NCBI RefSeq assembly: GCF_964204645.1
Contig: NC_134032.1
Location: forward strand, 15,550,275 to 15,614,274
DNA from: Tubulanus polymorphus
Lineage: Eukaryota; Animalia; Nemertea
Direction of reading: 5' to 3'
Length of the DNA: 64,000 nt
Shown one piece after another: positions 1-12,632 of this stretch. The position numbers and the translations under genes were made by a program. Each line of letters begins with the position of its first letter. Positions within the stretch are counted from its first letter, which is position 1. Below the pieces are notes generated by a model. The model saw nothing but the letters and a program-made list of their open reading frames with translations. It was not told the origin of the DNA and did no database searches.

Positions 1-600
1 GACTTGACTTTTTTTCTGAGGGTGCTTAAAACGGTCAACGCCAATCGTCTGCCGACTAGTATACAGGCCCGTACATAGGGGGCTCGATGGTTACAAATTT
101 TTAAAAAAAATTTTCTAAAACTCTGATTTTTTGCGTTTCAACTATGAACCATTTTTAAGAATTATAATAGTTCGTCACTTCTCGAAAATGAAGGGTGTCC
201 TAGTCGAGAACCAGAAAAAAAAATCGTAAAAACAAATTAATCAATATAGTAATTATCTATTATGTAATTTTCTATTATGATTATTGCGGCTTTGACCATG
301 GACTCAAAATCGTTTAGAGTATGTGTTAGTTTGACTGATGTGTCCGGTCGTGATGATGGCGGAGATCAACATGTTAATTAGTACTAATTGTCCCCTGTAA
401 TTAATTACAGACACGACTAAGATGAGTTGAGTAGTGCTCAATATAATACAGGTTTATTGTAGCCATTTCTATAATATAATATAATATAATATAATTTCTT
501 TATTTCGTGCCGAATCAATGAAAAAAATACGATATTTACATACAGATATTAGAAAAGTAATATTATTCAGTGTTTGTATCAACATATAGCAATACCAGTA

Positions 601-862
601 CAGGGTCCGATCTAAGGAATGAAATCCACTTTCCCGAGGGACAAGCATATCTGAAATTTCACTCGCCCCCTCCAAAAGCTACTTGCCCTACACAGGCAGT
701 CCGATTGGTGGCACAATTTATTCACCTTTGTATCGAGTGGGAAAAAAGCTTTCTGTCATAAAATTGCACTAGCCCGGGGGACTAATGATAATGAAAACCT
801 ACTTGCCCTGATGAGAATATACTTGTCCCGGGCGATCGGACAAGTGTTTAGATCGGACCCTG
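601..862. mobile_element. MITE with perfect 15-bp terminal inverted repeats
   Basis: CAGGGTCCGATCTAA at 601-615 and its reverse complement TTAGATCGGACCCTG at 848-862; non-coding interior; no clear TSD. Confidence 0.7.
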
Positions 863-3113
863 CAATATGTGACATTTTTAATACATACTTAACATGTGCA
901 AAAATAAACAGCTAAAACAGCCCTGCTTGATTAGGGGGCGATCCTTGATTCTTATAGTTTGTTGATCTCTGAATTAGGAGTTTAATTAACACTGCAACCA
1001 TTTCCATGGTATATGCAGCAAATAAACAGAAAACATGTATGCATTATTTACAAAACAATTGAAACTTTTCCTGATAAGATATTAGAAAATAAAAAGATTT
1101 ATAAAAACGATGTTTTTTATCCAGACAGCGTATTTCACTGGTCGCGTATTCAGGTATGTGTTAAAAGAATTAAGAGAATTATCCCCAAAAAAATCGATTT
1201 AACACAAAAAGAAATAGATCTAGACAAGATAATCTTTACTTTTTTTGATTGTTTGATTGCGGGTTCGCGATACTTTTAGCGAGTTTCTGTTTCTTAACGC
1301 GATTGTTATGAAATACGTCGTTACACAAGTTTTAAGATATTTAAAGGATTAAGATTTCCAGGGTTCGACCCGGCTATATCTTACATATGTATATATATAA
1401 GTCGTCTTATTATCATTCAAAGATTAAGTCCCGGATCGTTAAAATTGTCGTTCGAGTTCTTTTGAAAGAAGATTAATCATAAATTGTATGTGATTATATG
1501 CGCGGATTGAATAACGGGGATTTGAAAAGCGATTACGGCTTGAAGCCCGTTTATAACGTGTCCGAGCGCAAAACACTGACAAAACAATATCCTGCTGACC
1601 TCTGAAGTCCGTACGTACGTCTAACGGACCCCGGTTTTATATAGTCATGAACTCAGTTCATGCGCTGTCTTATATCTTAATGACTGGCGTCAAGTGATAT
1701 AGAACAAAACTGGTCAGAACCGAAATTAGTTTAGCCTAGTTTTAAGTTGTTAGATAGAACCAAAATTAGTTTAGCCTGGTTTTTGGTTGTTAGATAGAAC
1801 CAAAATTAGTTTAATGGCGAGTGTGTTTTAGAAGCCGCTAAACCAAAAAAGTGAGTTTAGAACTATTTCATAAAACGGAAGTCTGGATCCAAATTCCAAA
1901 TCGGAGTTTGTTTTTCTGACTCTGGGGAAATCGGTATTTACAAATCTGGTATTTAACATTTAACACTGGATGGTATAAATTGTATCGGGGGACAGCTTGG
2001 GTAAGGCAGGGAGGGGGTCCTACTCCTACTCGTGTGCTAAATGTTTGTAACAGTGTATAACAGTCTGGCGAGTTCACACGCGAAAAACAACTGACAACTC
2101 ACATAATTACTACGTCATCGAAATCTGTCGTGTGCCAAACACAAAACAACAGCAGACGACGTCATAGACTATTCCCATAATACCTCTGGTTTGGAGGTTG
2201 TTGCTATGATACGGCGTTGTTGTACGATTCGAATTTCGCTCAACAATATAAAGCGTATCCATAGCAACACACCCCTCTATCCACTAAAAAGGGGTATCAT
2301 TGGGAAGTTTTTGGGGGTATTTTACGATTTGCTCTTTTTCTATTTCACCGGGATATTATATCAATCATGAAAGTTTGTTTTATTTTTCCCTCAACGAAAT
2401 CTAATTTGAATTTCGTGTATGGAAAACTAAAAACTGGTTTGTAGAGATCGTTTATCCTCGGAGTATGATACAAAGATACAAATCGATGTTACATGAACCT
2501 CCTTAATATAGGAGAATAGAAAAAACAACTCGAAAAGCGTTTTTACTTTTTTGTCTTAACAACACAGCACCTGCGCGATCGTGTTTCCTTAAAGTACATT
2601 GGAGTGGAAAGATTATGCATTCAACATATCCAGAAATCAGACACTGAGAGACATATCACACAAATAAAATAAAAACCGCATCCACAGTTTTACAGTTTGC
2701 GCCGAGCCGAATTAAATTCATCTTAAATATGAGTTAAATCTCAGTCCACGCGTTTCCTGGTTGTTGAAATTCTCGTGGAATTTGTGTTTTTTTCATACAA
2801 AGCGCGGATGTTATGAGGTGTCTATATTGTTTAATATATCATTACACGGTTGAGGGGTCTACCCGTTCAGACGAAAGGGCGCCCGACTGAGACAAAAACT
2901 AATCTTATCAAACAAACAGAATACTCGTTAGTATCTACAAAAATTAATATTTAAACAAAGTTTTGCGGCAAAAAAACGCTTTACAATATATCAGATGGTG
3001 TTATATTACTATGACGTCACGCTCAGTCGCGGGGCAACATTCACGCAGACGTCTGGACCCTCTGTTGTAGACTTGTATTACTTAACCCCGGGACTAACTC
3101 AATTGACTCAATT

Positions 3114-3156
3114 AACTTTGACCAAGCAGCCAATTATTGGCTGCTTGGTCAAAGTT
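3114..3156. repeat. Perfect 43-bp palindrome (21-bp arms, 1-nt spacer)
   Basis: AACTTTGACCAAGCAGCCAAT-T-ATTGGCTGCTTGGTCAAAGTT. Confidence 0.95.
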
Positions 3157-6085
3157 GTTACGTCACGTTAAATACATTCATTCTATAGAACTGCATAGAT
3201 AAATAGATCCCATCCCCTCACCCAGTCCCAGAAGTGGTTTTATCCACCAGTGCCCCCCGTTGATGTCCATCCACCCAGACTCGAGCATTTAAATTATGTG
3301 ATACATCATAATATATAAGGGTCTTGGTGAAACTGGGTGTAACTTGGCTTTGGTTCATTCGAAAATTCAGACAAATCGTTTCTTAGTTTGTTTTTTTTTT
3401 TAAAGACCCGATCGACTCAAGTCAGAGATGATACAGAGAGAAAGAAAGAAAGGAAAGAGTCTGACACGGTGTAAACATAACAAATATACATCTCGACTTT
3501 GACGTCAGAGCGCGTGCGCGCGGTTTGAGATAAAAATCAATCCATCAAAAAATTCAACTAACTATTTATTAAACGCTCGTGCGTCGATCATCGTTTTCGA
3601 AGGGGGTGAAATATTTGAAGAATTTTTCTCGAATTCGCGCCGCAAATCACGTAAACATCGTCGAGTTCGTACAGAGATTGTTGTTGAATTTGTTTCCCAT
3701 AGCCTATACGCGCGTGTTGCTACGTAGCAAACATCACAACACTGCTGGCCGTTTTTTATTTTCTTACTAATCACCTTTTCAAACTAACCGTCGAGAATAT
3801 ATACTTTTGCGAAAATATTGATTCCACAAATTTGATTTTGTTCTGTTGGGATCATGATGACAAATTCAAATCATTCTTTATCAGAAAAAAATGAAAACAA
3901 ATTCTAACCATTAGCTAGAGAACTATATCCCTCCATTGATATTTGACGAGATTTGTTTGTCAGCGAAATTTGGGTTTAACTTTTAGACCCGAGGTAGACC
4001 CCAAACATTAAGAAGAAGAAGATTACTGTTCAATCAATGTTTAATGTTATCTGGAACCTTGTTCGGGCCGGCGCACTCTGTTTTTCACGATGGGCGCGTC
4101 CGAGTCAAAGACAAAAACAGTTGAGGTCAACAAGCGTTCATGCGAGACCGCCAAAAGACCAAACGACGGTCAGATCCGTCCACTGATCTCAATAACAACT
4201 TAGTCTTTTGTTCAAAATTAAAAATACGTCACGGTTTTGCCTTTAGCAGCGTCAGATCGTAATTACAATAATGTTAACGGTTATATATGTATTTCAAACG
4301 GCGACGAGTCCAGACACCGGCGGCATATCATTTCAAATTTCACGGAGTTTTAACTTTTGACTATCCAACGCACGTAGCCCACAAATAATGTACTAAAAAT
4401 GTCAAAATGCCCCTGGACACTACCGGTGTGGACAGCGTGAAATAAAACCCGTTAATTAAAGACATAATGTATGATTATTGGGAATGAAGCTTGACCAAGA
4501 GTCTCTTGGGGGTCTGTCGGAATATATACGGGAACTACAAAAAAAAAACTATTGCAATAGGGCAGTTCCTAGTTACCATGGCGCCATTTTGAGGCGGTTC
4601 CGCAGGTCCCGCATTATTGGACAGATCTTAACATTTCTTACATTAAAACCTCTAGCGCGATTAATTGTCATCCATCCCTCTTTTCTTTTGGCACAAAATC
4701 TAAACTTATGAATCGTTAGAAAGGTGTCAATTTCTATTTTCTGATGGGTGTTTATTTTTGTCGGCTGCAACAATCGAACACAAGGCATTAAGAAGTTTTA
4801 TGCTCAACTCAACTCAAGGTGCGCCGCCTGCTTTTGAGGTCGAGAGGGGCTTTCAGTGAAAATTTGAACAATCGTTACCTTGGGCCGATTTTGCTCGATA
4901 AATTTGATTGACGCTGGGCCCAGTACCATTTAACGAAGTACCCAAACTAAACCCCCAGAAACTCCTGGGGCCAGTTGCTAAAAATTTGATTAGAGTTAAC
5001 CAGTGGATAGTTTGACGCTGGGCCCAGTACCATTTAACGAAGTACCCAAACTAAACCCCCAGAAACTCCTGGGGCCAGTTGCTAAAACTTGATTAGAGTT
5101 AACCAGTGGATAGTTGACATTGTGACAATTAGAAGTTCATTGTTACTATGGTATGGTACTTCTGGGGGCAGAATACACGAAGTAAAAACAAAATCATCCA
5201 ACACCGTTTTGATATCCTCATTACTGAGACGCAAAGCTGGGGCTAGACTTCCTCACGGCACGTGAGATTCTCATCTCAAGGTTACGGTGCGTCCTTGAAG
5301 CGCCGAAAGAAATCATTTGGCCTGATCTTAACTTTTGACTCCTGAACAGTTGAATGTTTTCACTGTGTGCACGATACAAAATATCAGATCGCAATATCAT
5401 CAATCATGCCGCGATAGCAGACTGTTATCGATGACGTCATTACAAATCTTAACCGTCAAAATCAATTCGAATTTCGAAATTCAACGGCCTTCACTGTTGT
5501 TGTTGCTTATCGATCGTTAGCATCGATCGCGGGAAACGGCAGAACATATTTTTCATCTGTTCGGAACCGTTTCCTAGTCGTCATTTTATTAATGAGTTGT
5601 TGTGGATATCTCGGTGTTAAAACAGATAACTCATCGTAGATTTCTCTCTGAAGAAGAAAGTTTGATGAATGGTGAACTGTAGAGATTTGTAGGTTAATAA
5701 TTACCCGTTTATATGGGATACTCTGGAGCTCTTAACTTTGCTTCGGTCAAATTCTTTTTTTCATATACGTATAGGCCTAGTAAGAAGTCTTTAAGATGAT
5801 GTTTGGTTCTATATGAGTCTTGGAGGTATAGCTCTGTGAAAACTGGAATAGCTGATACAGTATAATAACATGAACCTTGCTCAGAGGCATGTTAACTTGA
5901 AAAAAGTTTATTTCTTCTTTTTTTGTATTTGTAAATGTCAGCCATTTTCAATAATACAGACTTTGAAGCTGTTTTTGTAAAGACTGTGAACTGAAGGAGA
6001 ACCTTCCAGCCGTTTGCTGAAGAATACCGCGACCCGGGAGTATGGTCGTCTCAGGCTGTGACCGGTTGCGCATTATGAAATGTGG

Positions 6086-6446
6086 TTGAATAAACTACAC
6101 TAGCTCAAGGTATACAGTATTCCTGAAGATTACTATTAGGATGAATACGTTGAATAAACTACACTAGCTCGAGGAATACAGTATTCCTGAAGATGACTAT
6201 TAGGATATAGTCGAAACGTTGAATAAACTACACTAGCTCAAGGAATACAGTATTCCTGAAGATGACTATTAGGATATAGTCGAAACGTTGAATAAACTAC
6301 ACTAGCTCGAGGAATACAGTATTCCTGAAGATGACTATTAGGATATAGTCGAAACGTTGAATAAACTACACTAGCTCGAGGAATACAGTATTCCTGAAGA
6401 TGACTATTAGGATGAATACGTTGAATAAACTACACTAGTTCAAGGA
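6086..6446 (+). ncRNA. Tandem array (69-bp unit) of minimal type I hammerhead ribozymes, Penelope/retrozyme-like; 3 intact and 2 degenerate cores
   Basis: Each intact unit reads TATTC-CTGAAGA-T-GACTAT-TAGGAT-ATAGTC-GAAAC-GTT-GAATA: stem I TATTC/GAATA, core CUGANGA, stem II GACTAT/ATAGTC, GAAA, palindromic AACGTT stem III, GUU cleavage triplet. Intact at 6182-6225, 6251-6294, 6320-6363; the first and last units lack the 3' side of stem II. Confidence 0.8.
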
Positions 6447-7510
6447 AACATTTCAGACTCTTTTCATGTTAAGTTTGCGTGCAGGGATTTTATATTATGT
6501 TTACAAAACGGACTCAGAAAGTGTTTCATGAATGGTTATAATTGTTAATGGCTCTCAGATTGCAGAAGGGTAACTAGTTACATCAGTCCAACGTGATGAG
6601 TTGAAGGGTCTTGGTTACACTTGACCTTTGAAAAAGTTCCTGCGGTGCCGGGGGTCACCTGTTTCAAACTGAAAATGCCAATTCATTTCATCCGTTAATA
6701 GCCTTCCCATTAACGCTAATTGAGTTAATTACTTTAACATCAGTCGTTGGTTCGTGAATTTGCGTATTATATACCTTGAGATAAACCACTTAAAATTCCA
6801 GGGGTCAATGGTCGCTTCGGCTATCCACAAATTAAGAGTTAATTCGGAAGCCTATAACTACCTGCCACCTTCAATCGGAACTGGACTTGAAACGTGGCCT
6901 CCTGCATCAGGGGCCTGCGAAATATAGTTTTGAGCTCAGTTCGAAATTGGGACGTATTAACTCTTAAAGTGATCTTGCGCCGTTTTAAGACTGATCTTGA
7001 TTTGTAAGATTGGCTTTACAGCTTATGGTCTAAGACTGGTCTTAAGTTGTTAGATTGGCTATAGAACCAAGATGAGTTTACACTGGTCTTAAGTTGTTAG
7101 TTTGGTTATAGAACTAAAACGAGTTTAGACTGGTCTTAAGTTGTTAGATTGGTTATAGAACTAAAATGAGTTTAGACTGGTCTTAAGTTGTTAGATTGGT
7201 TATAGAACTAAAATGAGCCTAGACTGGTTTTAAGTTATTGACTGTGGGGGTTATGAGTTAGTGTAATCTGTAGTACGATCGGGTCGCCTGGCCAAACGGT
7301 TCGAACCGCTCAGGACGATGTTGGAACGTAACAGTTTAGAGAATTTCGCCCCGAGTCCGTCACATTATCGAGACTCACGCTTCGCAATCACAACCATTTG
7401 TACTTAAACTAACGCTTAGACTAGAAATCTGGATAATTCTATTCAAGGCGTTACGATCCTCTGTCGGTGTTGGTCAATCAAATTAGCCGTCACAACAGAC
7501 TGGATATATC

Positions 7511-7583
7511 GGTTTCGTAGTGTAGTGGTTATCACGTCCGCTTTACACGCGGAAGGCCGCGGGTTCGAGCCCCGCCGAAACCT
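7511..7583 (+). tRNA. tRNA-Val(TAC): tRNA-Val, anticodon TAC
   Basis: GGTTTCG/CGAAACC acceptor stem, A-box TAGTGTAGTGG, anticodon arm TCCGC-TTTACAC-GCGGA, T arm GCGGG-TTCGAGC-CCCGC, followed by a TTTT run. Confidence 0.93.
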
Positions 7584-8357
7584 AGTTATTTTAAATATTT
7601 TGGTAATAGCCAAACATTTACATCCAAAAGTTTGAATAGGTTTTTTCCGTGATCGACACCGCAGTAAGATGTTAGTAATAGGATTTCTGAGGGGTTACTC
7701 ACTCTTGCCCCCATTGTTTTATGTCCAGGGATGAGAGGTATAACAGACACAATTAGCGGTATAAATCTTAACAATGTGTTTATGTTAGATATGTGTAAAG
7801 ATACTGCATAAACAACACGTTATATACAATTACTACAGGCATTCATAGGTGCCGGGTTCTAGAGCTGATCATTGCTTTGTGTTTGGTTTCCTCAAATATC
7901 GTGTAGCGAGTTCTGACCAAATTATTGTTATATGTAAAATTCCTGTTCCGAATTCTTTTCACAGGTCTGAAATTGAAATGGATAAGGCTGAAAAAACTTG
8001 ATGCCTGGTTTCTTATTTCTACTGAGCTTAAAAGTTGACCCGGCCCGTCGCCTATGTACCCTTAGTCGGTAACTTGTCTGTGGTTTAGTTTCACGATCGG
8101 ATATTTTCACAAACGCCCATCCGATTATAAAAAGCTTACCACCAACGATTAGGTTACTAACTAATCTACCTTGTACATCACCTTTTTAACAAAAAATATT
8201 ATCCGCACTGCTCTAGAAATAAACTGATTACAAATTTTATCTGGGCCGACCGCCTATCAAACCTGTACATAACGTGAAATAAGATAAAAACCCACTATCT
8301 ACAGATTAAAAGAATTAAAAACAAGAATTTATATATTCAATCTAAAATATACAGAAT

Positions 8358-8399
8358 ACACGACGTTTCGATCTCATCCTAGAGACCATCGTCAGGTGT
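8358..8399 (-). ncRNA. Minimal hammerhead ribozyme in a Penelope-like repeat remnant
   Basis: Minus strand ACAC-CTGACGA-T-GGTCTC-TAGGAT-GAGATC-GAAAC-GTC-GTGT. The flanking ~100 bp (8279-8397) is shared with 20668-20784. Confidence 0.72.
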
Positions 8400-9651
8400 G
8401 AGATATAGACTAAAAACAGGGGTATATATACTGAGGAGAACAGGTCAATTGAGTAAATTGGTGAGTGGGTAAATAATTAGTGTTTGGCTGTACATAACGT
8501 CTCTTTAAAACCATGATCAGACTTACAATTACGACTGTTATAGAAATGAACTAATTACAGATTCTATTGCGGTTTACAAAATTGACCCCGGCCGATTAGG
8601 AGAAACAGTTAGGTATCAACTTATTTCAGCCTGATCTTTATCCAAGGGCGTCGAGGCCCTATAAAACCCCCGCTCCCCCTCCCTCTGACTTGTAAGCCTT
8701 CCAGGTTCAGACCATCCTCTGATGTAGACCTATTATTGCCGACAGTAGGAGTTGTGTTCAGTCATCTTCAATATCAAATATCCATAAAAGAACAGACAGT
8801 TTCGTTTTCCATAATGTATAAATCATGTTAAGTCGAACGTTTTCGAGTTAACATATACCCCTTCTCAAGACAAGTAACAAATCATGCAAAAACTATACTG
8901 TACATTAAGAGTGCTGCTTGAAATAGCAGAAGATTACATAATCACATGGCAACAACCAGAACAGGCTAGATTAACGAAATACATTTAAAATGAATGAGGA
9001 TCCATTTTGGAACAATGTATGGATATTTAATTATCTGAAACCGAGGATTCATCTTCAATATGTTTTAGTTTTGCTGCCCCAGCTCTTTGGAATGCCCTGC
9101 CTGTCTCTGTTAGTCCATCAGTGCAATGTTTTAAGTCAAATTTAAAAACGTACCTTTTTAAAAGGACTTATATGTTTTAAGCTATTTTACTGTGTCTTTG
9201 CTCCTGCTGTTTTATCACATGCTATGTTATTAAGTTCTTCATTTTATGTAAATGTATTAACCCTTTGTACAGCGCATAGATTATTATTTTAGTTATGCGC
9301 TATATAAGAATATATTATTATTATTATTATCATTATTATTATATTATCATTCAATATGTTTTAGTTTTCATGTGTGCCGGCCGTATTTTCACGTTTACCG
9401 GGTTCCCCCGACTCCCAGCAGAGAGATCCTTGAAAACCACGGTAAACCCTCAATTCGGTCGGGTGAAGATCGTCATAACAGGGTCCCTTCCTAAGCGGGG
9501 GACCCTGTTGTTCTAAAAATGTGTAAAAGATAAAGAGCAATCCAGAAACAGGTTAAAGTTGACTTGTTTCGGCTGGCAACGCTTAGCAATCGATTGTAAT
9601 TAGTCAAATAGGTGCTTGCCATGAGATAAAGCCGCAATCAAAGGTTTAAGT

Positions 9652-9915
9652 ACACCGTATGGTGCTGCCGCTAAACTCGTCGTTAGCGGGATTTTCAAAC
9701 ACTAACGAGAATCGACACTGGCAAGCAACGTCTGGTATAACTGTACCGTGCGGTGCTGCCGGTCTGATAATCGATAGCGGGATTTTCAAACACTATCGGT
9801 AATCGACTCTGGCAAGCAGCCTGTGCTGCTTAAAGGCACCGTAAGGTGCTGCCACTTTGCTTATCGTTGACGGGGTTTTCAAACACTATCTGGAATCGAC
9901 ACTGGCAAGCAACGT
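9652..9915. repeat. Three diverged ~92-bp direct repeats with conserved hairpins
   Basis: GGTGCTGCC at 9661, 9752, 9845; shared TTTTCAAACACTA and AATCGAC(A/T)CTGGCAAGCA; each unit preceded by ACC-GTNN-GGT. Confidence 0.8.
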
Positions 9916-10340
9916 TCTACATAACGAATACGAATAATTACACTCTAACCATTTCGGTAGTAAATATATGGAGGAATTAACAGTATTTACAATTATTTAC
10001 AAAAACATGAAATAAAAGTATTTCAAAACTTGATAAACACAGTTTACAATACATATTTATATACAATATGATATATATTTACAATACATATACATACTAT
10101 TTACAATACATATCATTATTTACAATACATATTATTATTTACAATACATACACTGCTGGAGGGATTTATATACATCTAGACCTATCTTGATGAATTTATC
10201 CAAATTTAAAGTCGGATTTTTTAATACTATTAAAATACGAATATCAATATAAAAACAGTATTTACAATTAGTTACAAAAACAGTTTGATGCGAATTACGT
10301 TTATCAAAACCCTGATTACTTCAGACACCAGACCCACCAG

Positions 10341-10448
10341 GGTCCAGTTCCACAGTTCTGAGTTAAGATTTGACCCTGGGTTAAAACATTAAAAATGAAG
10401 TAACTGTAACTCAGAGTTAACTCTAACTCATAACTGTGGAACTGGGTC
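10341..10448. mobile_element. Short MITE, PIF/Harbinger-like (CAG TSD)
   Basis: TIRs GGTCCAGTTCCACAGTT / AACTGTGGAACTGGGTC, flanked by CAG on both sides. Confidence 0.7.
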
Positions 10449-10562
10449 CAGGGACTTTTAATAGTCCATGTCAACTATATCCACTTGTTAACTCTAACCA
10501 ATTTTTCAGCACCTGGCCCCTGAAAGTTAGAAAAAAGGCTCATAGGAACGACTGTACACCTG

Positions 10563-10689
10563 GGGCCAGTTGCTCAAAAGTTCGTTAACGATAACCGGCC
10601 GTTAAATACCATAGTAACAATGAAATTTCAATTGTCACCATATCAACTATCCACTGGTTAACTCTAACCAACTTTCGAGCAACCGACCC
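10563..10689. mobile_element. Short MITE, PIF/Harbinger-like (CTG TSD)
   Basis: TIRs GGGCCAGTTGCTC / GAGCAACCGACCC, flanked by CTG; related partial copies near 4965-5150 and 10460-10520. Confidence 0.7.
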
Positions 10690-10974
10690 CTGGGGACCAA
10701 TTTTTCTTTTAATTCGCCGATTTTGAGACTAGTTGACATAGTGGCAATCATAAGTTCATCCGCCGATTAGCGTTAATCCATTTTTGAATAACTCTGGCCC
10801 CGGCAAAATGGTTTAATTTCATAACTAACATATTTGTTCTATTCGTTATGAAATTGAACAAGAAATTCCTATTTGAGTAAGTCGACGATCAGCTTATCCG
10901 AAACACGCTGAATGAGCGAATCAATGCCTCAGCTGTTGGTCTCGGGGACTATACTGCGGTGAATACGACAGAAT

Positions 10975-11091
10975 CACTCTCTCTCTCTCTCTCTCTCTAT
11001 CAACTTCCTCGGAACACAGCATAATAACATCGACAGATGTACTGGAGAGTATGAGGGGAGAGACGTGTGTACTGCATCTCAGTGATCAGCA

Positions 11092-11125
<34 letters not shown>

Positions 11126-11225
11126 CCAGTATCTCAGAGATATGGTGACACTATTGCTATGAGTCATGTTTCATTAATACATCTAGGGATGGTGGTTTTG
11201 CTGTTGTAAATATCGTCAAATTAAG
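10975..11225 (+). other. Probable non-coding 5' exon of the Argos-like gene, containing (CT)n and (CAG)n microsatellites
   Basis: Strong donor AAG|GTAAG at 11225/11226; the next exon has an acceptor TTTTTCAG at 12592 upstream of the ATG. The start coordinate is a guess. Confidence 0.45.
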
Positions 11226-11460
11226 GTAAGCATTTCATAATCTCGAATTATCAGAATCTCAATATATCAAAAATACATCCCCTGTTTGTGTGTTTTTTGA
11301 TAATGCGCATTATCAATTGATTGATACAATGAAGAATTCGCTCATTGTCTCGGGTTACGCCAAATCCCTCCGTTATTATAAAGCTCTCCAAGCATTCAAT
11401 CGAAAACGCCCATGGGATATTGGGGTCGTTGGATCTTTAATTCCAATTTGTATAACAATT

Positions 11461-11584
<124 letters not shown>

Positions 11585-11587
11585 TAT

Positions 11588-12420
11588 GTGTAAATCATTT
11601 GGATAAAGTCGTCATATTACTGAAGTCATCTCTATTTTTAAGCCCTAATTTGTATTTTCAATTCCATTTACTAAGTGTAAGTCATCATTTGGATAAAGTC
11701 GTCAAATTACTGAAGTCATCTCTATTTTTAAGCCCTAATTTGTATTTTTAATTCCATTTACTAAGTGTAAGTCATCATTTGGATAAAGTTGTCAAATTAC
11801 TGAAGTCATCTCTATTTTTAAGCCCTAATTTGTATTTTTAATTCCATTTACTAAGTGTAAGTCATCATTTGGATAAAGTCGTCAAATTACTGAAGTCATC
11901 TCTATTTTCAAGCCCTAATTTGTATTTTTAATTCCACTTACTAAGTGTAAGTCATCATTTGGATAAAGTCGTCACATTACTGAAGTCATCTCTATTTTTA
12001 AGCCCTAATTTGTATTTTTAATTCCACTTACTAAGTGTAAGTCATCATTTGGATAAAGTCGTCACATTACTGAAGTCATCTCTATTTTTAAGCCCTAATT
12101 TGTATTTTTAATTCCATTTACTAAGTGTAAGTCATCATTTGGATAAAGTCGTCACATTACTGAAGTCATCTGTATTTTTGAGTCTCGATTTGTATTTCTA
12201 ATTCAATTTACTAAGTGTAAGTCGTCATTTGGATAAAGTCGTCACATTACTGAAGTCATCTCTATTTTTGAGTCTAAATTACTATTTCTAATTCAACTAA
12301 AGTGTAAGTCATAATTTGGATAAATTGTCACATTACTGAAGTCATCTCTTTTTAAGCCCTAATTTGTATTTCTAATTCAATTTACTTAGTGTAAATCATC
12401 ATTTGAATAAGTCGATTTCG
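11588..12420. repeat. 90-bp minisatellite, about 9 copies
   Basis: Unit GTGTAAGTCATCATTTGGATAAAGTCGTCA...TTTACTAA with period 90. Confidence 0.95.
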
Positions 12421-12632
12421 CTGCAGTCGCCTCTTAATAAGACATAATCTTAATCATCTTCATTCAGACATATTATGTCTCAATTTGTATTTCAAATGCT
12501 CAATGTAAATCGTCATTTGTAAAAGCCGACTTTCACTCAAAGAACCGTTTTACAGATCTCACGTGTTTTACTGTGATGAGTCCATTTTTCAGTTTTATAA
12601 ATTTCAAACATTCACGAGTAATCGATGAACTA

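Noticed and set aside
1-5900. Short ORFs in the first 6 kb
   Set aside because: No coherent exon chain or protein motif found; mostly MITE fragments and AT-rich intergenic DNA.
8830-8872. Degenerate hammerhead-like motifs (also ~52165-52207)
   Set aside because: Catalytic core nucleotides are altered; at best relics.
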